Below are positions 54,254-61,665 of a stretch of DNA of 64,000 nt, piece after piece; the stretch's first letter is position 1, and each line of letters opens with the position of its first letter. The notes under the pieces were generated by a model. It was not told the origin of the DNA. It worked only from the letters and a program-made list of their open reading frames with translations, and ran no database searches. The DNA comes from an uncultured Bacilli bacterium. GTDB taxonomy: Bacteria; Bacillota_I; Bacilli_A; RF39; UBA660. The translations under genes were made by a program, and so were the position numbers. The stretch is from assembly GCA_934086935.1 (NCBI GenBank), contig CAKOIQ010000001.1, forward strand, positions 8,330 through 72,329, given 5' to 3'.

Positions 54254-54965
54254 TTTTCTTACACACCTCACAATCATGATTTCTTTTCCATGTAAAAATT
54301 TTTGTTTTATAAGTATACATATTAAACATCATTGTTTTTCCAACTAATTTTTTAGATTTTAATTTAAGAAAATAATTTAAAATTTGATCTGATATTATAG
54401 ATGCTATTATATTACATAAGGGTCCATATGATGGAACGATATTAACGTTTTCTACTGGAACTTCATTTGATTTTCTATCAATGCATTCAAGGCATGGTCC
54501 TTTATTAGGAATAATGAATGGTCCTATCATTCCAACATGCTCAGCAAAGCCAGCAAATATAACAGGTGTATTGGTTTTAACACATGTTATATTAATTATT
54601 CTGCGAATTTTTCTAAATGGTTTATCTAGAGTACAAACAACAAGATCTGATTGATTTATAAATTCGTAAACATCTTCTTCTTTAGATATCATTATATTTT
54701 TAGATTTAATGTTAACATTAGGATTTATTCTTTGTAATCTTAATGATAAAGCTTCAGTTTTATTTTTACCAATATCATTTGATGTATATGATAATTGTCT
54801 GATTAAATTTGAATACTCAACTTTATCACAATCTACTAATATGAAATTTTGCACTCCGGCTCTTGTTAGTAATTCTGCAGTTATTGAACCAACGCCACCT
54901 AATCCTAAGATTAATACTTTCTTTTCTTTTAAAATATCGATATTGATTTTAGAGTTATTTATCAT
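54240..54965 (-). CDS. ThiF/MoeB/HesA-family E1-like adenylyltransferase (241 aa)
   Basis: ILGLGGVGSITAELLTRAGV...LVDCDKVEYSNLIRQ nucleotide-binding fold with two C-x-x-C pairs (CLEC, CEVC). It ends with TGA and overlaps the ABC-F start. Confidence 0.75.
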   Translation of the reverse strand: MINNSKINIDILKEKKVLILGLGGVGSITAELLTRAGVQNFILVDCDKVEYSNLIRQLSYTSNDIGKNKTEALSLRLQRINPNVNIKSKNIMISKEEDVYEFINQSDLVVCTLDKPFRKIRRIINITCVKTNTPVIFAGFAEHVGMIGPFIIPNKGPCLECIDRKSNEVPVENVNIVPSYGPLCNIIASIISDQILNYFLKLKSKKLVGKTMMFNMYTYKTKIFTWKRNHDCEVCKKNDSK

Positions 54966-55406
54966 ATTAAAGTATTAGATGCTACTGCTGGAAAAATTCC
55001 GGTTTTATCAATAATATTATCTAAATATTCATTAGCAAATGTTACTGCTATTAATGGAAAATTTGTTATTAAAAAAATTAATAATGTTACAATTTTACAA
55101 AAATATATTAATAACAAAACTAGTTTTAAAAATTATGATTTAATTATTGGGTTTAGATCTTGTAAAGCTACTGAAATAATAATTAATCTTTGTTTTAAAT
55201 ATAAAAAAAGTTTTGTAATCTATTTGTGTCCATGTGCAAATAAACCACAAAATATTTCTTGTTACAAGGATAACTGGAACTATAATGATTGGCATAAATA
55301 TATAATCAATTTAGTTTTAAATAATAATAGTTATGATGTAAAAATATTATATAAACATAATTTAGGCGATGATTGTCCAGTTATTATTGCTAAATATATT
55401 ATTTAG
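54933..55406 (+). CDS. Possible UPF0146-like protein; open frame of 157 codons without canonical start until TTG at 55224
   Basis: A 157-codon stop-free frame is unusual for AT-rich DNA. KVLDATAGK... and YDLIIGFRSCKATEIIINLCFKYKKSFVIYLCP resemble the UPF0146 pattern (DLIYSIRPP-x-EL...L-x-I-x-PL). The only in-frame upstream start candidates are ATT or ATC. Confidence 0.3.
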   Translation, partial: NIDIDFRVIYHIKVLDATAGKIPVLSIILSKYSLANVTAINGKFVIKKINNVTILQKYINNKTSFKNYDLIIGFRSCKATEIIINLCFKYKKSFVIYLCPCANKPQNISCYKDNWNYNDWHKYIINLVLNNNSYDVKILYKHNLGDDCPVIIAKYII

Positions 55407-56253
55407 TTGCATTTACTTCCCATCTTGTGGTGTTACCACATGGCAAAATCAAATTATTTTTAGCCTTGATTCCTAATTCAGTTGAAGTAATTGTTCCTTC
55501 TTTAGTTAAGGTTTTATGAAGGATATTTTCAATTACAGTATTTGATAAACCGGTTGTGTAGGAATTAATGATAAATAATAATGGCTCGTCTGATAAAAGT
55601 TTGGTACAATCATCTACTAGATTATATAAATCTTTTTCAATTGACCATACTTCGTTTTTAGCTCCTCTACCAAATGATGGGGGATCCATTAAAATAATGT
55701 CATATTTATTACCTCTTCTTAGTTCTCTTTTAACAAATTTTTTAACATCATCAACTAAGAATCTAATTGTTTCATTTTCTAAATGATTGGATTTAACATT
55801 TTCTTTAGCCCAATCAATCATACCTCTTGATGAATCAACGTGAACTACTTCGGCTCCTTCTTTTAAGGCAGCAATGCTGGCTGCTCCGGTGTAAGCAAAT
55901 AAATTTAATACTTTGCATTTACGATGGGAATTTTTGATGGTTTTTCTTATTAAATCCCAATTATAGGCTTGTTCTGGAAATAAACCGGTATGTTTAAATC
56001 CCATTAATTTTAAGTTAAATACTAAATCTTTATAGTGGATTTGCCATGAGTCAGGGATATTACTTAATTTTTCCCACATACCACCACCTGTATTACTTCT
56101 AGTGTATTTAGCATCTACTTTAATATTTTCATTATCGGGCCAGATTATTTCAGGATCTGGTCTTTTTAGGATTATATTATTCCATCTTTCATATTTATAG
56201 CCATTACTCATAGCTAATATTTCATATTCATTAAAATCTTTTATTGTTTCCAT
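55399..56253 (-). CDS. Class I SAM-dependent methyltransferase (RlmI/RlmK-like catalytic domain)
   Basis: KVLNLFAYTGAASIAA (motif I), VHVDSS and IILMDPPSFGRG (D-P-P motif). Confidence 0.75.
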   Translation of the reverse strand: METIKDFNEYEILAMSNGYKYERWNNIILKRPDPEIIWPDNENIKVDAKYTRSNTGGGMWEKLSNIPDSWQIHYKDLVFNLKLMGFKHTGLFPEQAYNWDLIRKTIKNSHRKCKVLNLFAYTGAASIAALKEGAEVVHVDSSRGMIDWAKENVKSNHLENETIRFLVDDVKKFVKRELRRGNKYDIILMDPPSFGRGAKNEVWSIEKDLYNLVDDCTKLLSDEPLLFIINSYTTGLSNTVIENILHKTLTKEGTITSTELGIKAKNNLILPCGNTTRWEVNATK

Positions 56254-56274
56254 ATATACCTCTTTTTTATTTTA

Positions 56275-56877
56275 TCATTTATTTAAATATAAGTATTTAT
56301 TTTTTTTAAATAATCTTTTAAATTGTCTTTTTATCATGCGATAGAAAGAATAAAAGATACTGTAAGAATATAAATCTTTTAAAGCTTCTTCTCTGATTGT
56401 AAAATAATTTGATTTAATAATTTGTCTTTGTCTAAAGTTTAATAGTTTAAGTAAGTATAAATCTTCATATTTTAAAGTATTGTATTTTTTAGTTACTTCT
56501 GAGCAGTTAAATAATTTACAAGCAACATTTTTAGAAGGACATCCATTTAGGGTGACATATTCACAAAGACGACAACATCCACAGATATGATGAGATTTAT
56601 TATTTCTTTGAACAATACATTGTTTATTTTGATCAAAACCACAGATATTAATTCTTTTAGTTTGATCATCTAACATTTTACATGATTCATCAAAGACATA
56701 AGTTATTCTTGCTTTACGATTTTTGATATTTAATCCTTTGATAATTCTTTGAATATCTATATCATTAGAGTTTGATGTGAAGATTGTATTTTTATATATA
56801 AGTCTTTTATATAGTTTTATTTTTTTAATTAGTTCTTCTTTTGATAAATTTAATTCTTTGGTTTTCATAAACATCAC
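56275..56877 (-). CDS. Cys-rich hypothetical protein (200 aa)
   Basis: Ten Cys lie within ~60 aa (C-x12-C-x7-C-x11-C-x-CC-x2-C-x7-C-x6-C-x4-C), flanked by basic regions. No family recognised. Confidence 0.45.
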   Translation of the reverse strand: MMFMKTKELNLSKEELIKKIKLYKRLIYKNTIFTSNSNDIDIQRIIKGLNIKNRKARITYVFDESCKMLDDQTKRINICGFDQNKQCIVQRNNKSHHICGCCRLCEYVTLNGCPSKNVACKLFNCSEVTKKYNTLKYEDLYLLKLLNFRQRQIIKSNYFTIREEALKDLYSYSIFYSFYRMIKRQFKRLFKKNKYLYLNK

Positions 56878-56905
56878 ACTTTATATTTTAACATAAAAAA
56901 AGTGA

Positions 56906-57493
56906 TTATTTATTAATATCACTTATATTTAATGCTTTAGTTGTAACTAATATTCTTATTCCATTTTCAGCAAGCATTAATAATCCATTTACAACAAAGA
57001 AGAACGCTAACATAACGTATTGAACAGTTTGATTAAAGTATAAATTTATACTTGTTAGTAAACCTAATAATATAAATAAAGAGAATGTTATTAAGTTTAC
57101 ATATAACATACCATTTTCACGATCATGGTAGTAATCTAATTTAATTAATTTGATAATGGCCATAACTGCTACCCATGATGCTAGAGTCATACTTAATACC
57201 ATTGTTGGTTCATAATTTATAAATCTAAAACCACTTATAGCTGCTAAAGCCGAAACAATGGCTGTGTATAAGTTTTCTAGATCACTACCATTTCTAGTTA
57301 AGAAATACTCTACTAATTTTACTAATGCATAAATACTAAATACTACATATAAAATTTTTACAGGATTTAATATATCTATCCAAGGTAAAATAAACATTGC
57401 TAACCCTACAAATAGTAATATAGCATTGCATATTAAGTTAACTTTATTATTTTTTGCTCTTTCTTTTTTTCTTTTAAATAACATACCTATCAC
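56906..57493 (-). CDS. Polytopic membrane protein (195 aa)
   Basis: About 6 predicted TM helices. The family is uncertain. Confidence 0.45.
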   Translation of the reverse strand: MIGMLFKRKKERAKNNKVNLICNAILLFVGLAMFILPWIDILNPVKILYVVFSIYALVKLVEYFLTRNGSDLENLYTAIVSALAAISGFRFINYEPTMVLSMTLASWVAVMAIIKLIKLDYYHDRENGMLYVNLITFSLFILLGLLTSINLYFNQTVQYVMLAFFFVVNGLLMLAENGIRILVTTKALNISDINK

Positions 57494-57530
57494 CTATTAT
57501 AATAATAGTTTATCTAGGGACAATTGTCAA

Positions 57531-58025
57531 TTAATTAAAAGATTTAGTTTGACTATCTAATGCTTTATTTATTTCTTCAACTGGTATTACAATATTAAAT
57601 TCAGGTATACGTAATGTTGTGTCTTGATATGTTTCTTCTCTTGATGATAAATAGCAAGTTGTTTGAATTCCAAAAATATAATCAATTATTTTAGTACTTA
57701 TTTTTTTTGATGCGCTATTTTCTAAATAAAATAATTCATCAGCTGGCATATTACTTCCATTTGATATGATATTACTTGTAGATGCTAATGGTAATTCAAA
57801 TGAATAAACTACTGTTGTTTCATCTTTTGGTTGTTGATTTTTTAAGACTATAAGTAATCTAGAAATAAAATTTATAGTATTATCTATAATTGTTTGTAGT
57901 TGTTCATCACTATAATGTTTTTCAATATATTTTTTTGCCTTAATACTTAAATCTGGATCTAACATTGATTCTGGACTTGTAATGCTTAATAAATTTTTAT
58001 ATTCTTCTAATGTTATTCTTTGCAT
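57531..58025 (-). CDS. Hypothetical protein (164 aa)
   Basis: ORF only. Confidence 0.4.
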   Translation of the reverse strand: MQRITLEEYKNLLSITSPESMLDPDLSIKAKKYIEKHYSDEQLQTIIDNTINFISRLLIVLKNQQPKDETTVVYSFELPLASTSNIISNGSNMPADELFYLENSASKKISTKIIDYIFGIQTTCYLSSREETYQDTTLRIPEFNIVIPVEEINKALDSQTKSFN

Positions 58026-58136
58026 ATTGTACCTCCGTGGTTAGATATTATAGTATAAGTTAGTTTAGTTGTAAAGACTAAGGTATTATTGCTTATTATT
58101 ACATATTATTATATTATAATGTTGAAAGGAGTATAT

Positions 58137-58889
58137 ATGGAGGGTTTATTTATAATTATTATTATCATTGTAGGTATTATTTTACTTAGATCTATTAGAC
58201 AGGTTAATGAATATGAACGTGGTGTTAAATTTAGATTTGGTAGATTTAATCGTATTATGAATCCGGGATGGAATTTAGTTTTACCAATTATTGAATCTAT
58301 GAAAAAGGTTGATATTAGAACTAAAGCGGTTGATGTTCCTGAACAAGATGCGATTACTAAAGATAATGTCTCAATTAGAATTAATGCAGTTTTATATTAT
58401 AAGATTTTTGATGCAAGTAAGGCTATAATTGCAGTTGAAAATTATAAGTATGCGGTTGCACAACTTGCTCAAACTACGATGCGTAATGCTGTTGGTGCGG
58501 TTTCTTTAGATGAACTTCTAGCAGAAAGAGATAAAATTTCTGAAGAAATTTGTAAGATTGTTGATGAAGCTACTGATCCTTGGGGTGTTAAAGTTGAAAA
58601 TGTTGAACTTAAAGATGTGGCTTTACCTGAGGAAATGAAACGTGTTATTGCTAAAGTTGCAGAAGCTGAAAGAGAAAAAGCTGCTGTTATTACTAAAGCT
58701 GCTGGTGAAGTTAAAGCTAGTGAAAATTTAGCTAAAGCTGCGGAAATTATGAGTAGTACACCTGGAGCATTACATTTAAGAACTTTATCTACTATTAATG
58801 ATATTTCATCTGATCAATCTAATACAATTATTTTTGCTTTACCTATTGAAGTATTAGATGCTCTTAAGGGTAAGGCAGAAAAAAAATAA
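58137..58889 (+). CDS. SPFH/Band 7 (stomatin/prohibitin-like) membrane protein
   Basis: I moved the start to the ATG with an AAAGGAG SD (MEGLFIIIIIIVGIILL). The SPFH core is present (EYERGVKFRFGRF...TKDNVSIRINAVLYY...VELKDVALPEEM). Confidence 0.85.
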   Translation: MEGLFIIIIIIVGIILLRSIRQVNEYERGVKFRFGRFNRIMNPGWNLVLPIIESMKKVDIRTKAVDVPEQDAITKDNVSIRINAVLYYKIFDASKAIIAVENYKYAVAQLAQTTMRNAVGAVSLDELLAERDKISEEICKIVDEATDPWGVKVENVELKDVALPEEMKRVIAKVAEAEREKAAVITKAAGEVKASENLAKAAEIMSSTPGALHLRTLSTINDISSDQSNTIIFALPIEVLDALKGKAEKK

Positions 58890-58904
58890 CCTTCGGGTTA
58901 TTTT

Positions 58905-59783
58905 TTATTGCCATAAATTATTTGGATATAGTCCTTCTTTTATGTATTTATTTATTTTTTCTTTAACTAGTGGTAAATCTTCTCTATAAGTCATACCAAA
59001 CCACTGGGCAGTTGTATTAATCATTTTTAATGTTAATTCATTTGATGTTATTTTATTTTGAATTAATTCAGGAATTAAATATTCATCTTTGGTTAGATCT
59101 TTAGCATTTTTTATAAATTGTTTTAAGCCTGTTTCTAAATGATTGAATATATCTGGTGTAAATGCTAAGGCATTCATTGAAACTCTTGTATCTGTTGATA
59201 TTTCTGTTAAATCATTTGTTCCTAGTTTAGTTGCAAAGATTTTATTATCTTTCTTTTCAATTAAAGACTCAGTTATTTTTGTAACTATATTATCTTTTTC
59301 TTCTAGTACTCCTCTTTTAACACTACCAGAATCGGTAATAGTTTTTAAGACATTATACCCTACTGTTCCACATTCATTAGGTTTAATATTAACTAAAAAG
59401 TCATGTAAAACTTTAAAGCAATCAGCACCATAATAGTCATCTGAATTAATAACAGCAAATGGTCCTTTAACAGTATCTTTAGTACATAATATTGCTTGAG
59501 CGGTTCCCCAAGGTTTAGTTCTTTCAATAGTTACTCCAGGGATATTTGGTTCTTGATAGACATACTCTACTTTAACGTGATGTTCTAATCTTTTACCTAT
59601 TGTTTCTCTAAAAATTTCTTCTTGTTCTTTCTTGATGATTAAAACTACTCTATCGAATCCATTTTGAATTGCATCATAGATATTATAATCTATAATAAAT
59701 TCTCCATTTGGTCCGATTGGTTCAATTTGTTTTAAACCACCGAATCTTGAACCCATTCCGGCAGCCATGATAACTAAATCCAT
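58905..59783 (-). CDS. Sugar-phosphate nucleotidyltransferase family protein
   Basis: The N-terminus MAAGMGSRFGGLKQ is the G-x-G-x-R signature of NTP-transferase folds. 292 aa. Confidence 0.7.
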   Translation of the reverse strand: MDLVIMAAGMGSRFGGLKQIEPIGPNGEFIIDYNIYDAIQNGFDRVVLIIKKEQEEIFRETIGKRLEHHVKVEYVYQEPNIPGVTIERTKPWGTAQAILCTKDTVKGPFAVINSDDYYGADCFKVLHDFLVNIKPNECGTVGYNVLKTITDSGSVKRGVLEEKDNIVTKITESLIEKKDNKIFATKLGTNDLTEISTDTRVSMNALAFTPDIFNHLETGLKQFIKNAKDLTKDEYLIPELIQNKITSNELTLKMINTTAQWFGMTYREDLPLVKEKINKYIKEGLYPNNLWQ

Positions 59784-59799
59784 TTAATTCCTCCTTTTT

Positions 59800-61107
59800 T
59801 TAAAATGGCATTTTTAAGTTTCCATTACTCATTTGTTTCATCATTAATTTCATTTGTTCAAATTGTTTTAATAATCTATTTACTTCTTCAACGGTTCTTC
59901 CTGAGCCTTTAGCAATTCTTTGTTTTCTTGAGGCTTTTAAAACTTCTGGATGTCTTCTTTCATAAGGTGTCATGGATAAAACTATTGCTTCTACATGAGC
60001 CATATCTTTAGGGTTAATACTAATATTATTTAATCCCATATTACGGGCTCCTGGTAACATTTTAATGATATTTTCTAGAGGTCCTAGTTTACGAATTTGT
60101 TTCATATTGGCAAGAAAATCTTCAAGGTCATATTTTCCAGTTTTCATTTTTTTAGCCATGTCTTTGGCTTCTTCTTCACTGATAGCATTTGAAGCTTTTT
60201 CTGCAATTGAAAGAATATCTCCCATATCTAGAATTCTTTCAGCCATTCTTTCGGGATAAAATTCGGTTAAGCCATCTAATTTTTCAGAGTCACCAATAAA
60301 CTTGATAGGAATATTGGTTAAATGTCTTACGGATAAGGCTACTCCACCTTTGGTGTTTCCATCCATTTTAGTAAGAATGGCACTAGTAAGATTTAATTTT
60401 TCATTAAATCCTTTGATAACATTGATGGCATCTTGTCCCATCATAGCATCAATTACTAAGATTATTTCATGAGGTTGAACGATATCAGAAATATCTTTTA
60501 ATTCATTCATTAGGTTTTCATCGATGTGAAGACGTCCGGCAGTATCGATGATAATATAGTCGTTATTATTTTCTTGAGCATATTTTAAAGCATTAGTTAC
60601 GATTGTTCTTGGATCAGTTTTTCCTTCTGTATAAACGGGAATATTTAAAGTTTTTCCAATTTCAACTAATTGGTCGATAGCAGCGGGTCTATAAATGTCA
60701 CAAGCAACTAACAATGGTTTCTTAGAATTTTTCTTTCTAACTAGGTTAGCTATTTTTCCACAGGTTGTGGTTTTTCCGGAACCTTGTAAACCAACTAACA
60801 TAATTATTGTAGGATTTTTAGTTGTTTCTAATGGTAAATAATTTTCTCCTAATAATGAGATTAATTCATCTTTAACTATTTTGATAAATAATTCTTCAGG
60901 TTTTAAGTTTTTTTCAACGTTTTGACCTAAAGCTTTTTCTTTAACGTTTTTAGTAAATTCTTTTACTACTTCGTAGTTTACATCGGCTTCAAGAAGTGCC
61001 ATTCTTATTTCTTTGATGGCATCTTGAATATTGTCTTCTGTAATTCTACCCATTCCTTTAATGTTTTTTATTGCATTTGATATTCTGTTTCCCATATATT
61101 CAAACAT
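59800..61107 (-). CDS. ffh: Signal recognition particle protein Ffh
   Basis: NG domain (GLQGSGKTTT, DTAGR, TKMDG) and a Met-rich M domain. An AGGTGA SD is present. Confidence 0.95.
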   Translation of the reverse strand: MFEYMGNRISNAIKNIKGMGRITEDNIQDAIKEIRMALLEADVNYEVVKEFTKNVKEKALGQNVEKNLKPEELFIKIVKDELISLLGENYLPLETTKNPTIIMLVGLQGSGKTTTCGKIANLVRKKNSKKPLLVACDIYRPAAIDQLVEIGKTLNIPVYTEGKTDPRTIVTNALKYAQENNNDYIIIDTAGRLHIDENLMNELKDISDIVQPHEIILVIDAMMGQDAINVIKGFNEKLNLTSAILTKMDGNTKGGVALSVRHLTNIPIKFIGDSEKLDGLTEFYPERMAERILDMGDILSIAEKASNAISEEEAKDMAKKMKTGKYDLEDFLANMKQIRKLGPLENIIKMLPGARNMGLNNISINPKDMAHVEAIVLSMTPYERRHPEVLKASRKQRIAKGSGRTVEEVNRLLKQFEQMKLMMKQMSNGNLKMPF

Positions 61108-61114
61108 TTTTTAA

Positions 61115-61591
61115 TCACCTATTTCTATTATACAAAAAAAAGACTAAAAAGTCTTTATTTATCGCGCGTTTTTGATAATTAGAACTCCAAACATCACCAG
61201 AACCATTCCAACTGACACTTAATGATGAACCTGCAACGCAAGATGTTGTTACATCATATTTTGAGGTTGTTGGAAATGTATTAGTTGTTACTCCATCTAT
61301 TACTGAAATCACCTTAACATCTAGGTCACTAGTTGATTCAAATATTTGATTAGTTAATGGTAATGGATTAGTGTCATATCCTGCTCTTATAAATAATTGT
61401 ATATAGTATGTAGTTGATAAGTTATTCTCAGTTGCTAAACCAATTATTCTAGTTTCAGTACTAACAATATTACCATTTACTGGCGATGATATTTCTTCAT
61501 ATCTAACTTTTAATCCACTGGGAGTATCTATATAACTCGTACATGCACTTGTAGCACATACTTTATAAGTTAATTCATATTTCGTCATCAT
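61115..61591 (-). CDS. Questionable ORF (158 aa, S/T-rich, no signal peptide, no SD)
   Basis: The ORF reads straight through a terminator-like hairpin, and its TGA stop lies within the ffh SD. It may be a gene remnant. Confidence 0.25.
   Translation of the reverse strand: MMTKYELTYKVCATSACTSYIDTPSGLKVRYEEISSPVNGNIVSTETRIIGLATENNLSTTYYIQLFIRAGYDTNPLPLTNQIFESTSDLDVKVISVIDGVTTNTFPTTSKYDVTTSCVAGSSLSVSWNGSGDVWSSNYQKRAINKDFLVFFLYNRNR
61134..61157 (-). terminator. Terminator-like hairpin upstream of ffh
   Basis: On the minus strand, AAAGACT-tttt-AGTCTTT is followed by a T-run. It lies inside the 3' end of the 158-aa ORF. Confidence 0.5.
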
Positions 61592-61665
61592 ACTATTTAA
61601 TGCAGTTATTTTGATACTATAAATGATTACATAATATTGAAGTATATCGAGTCAAGTTTCAATAT

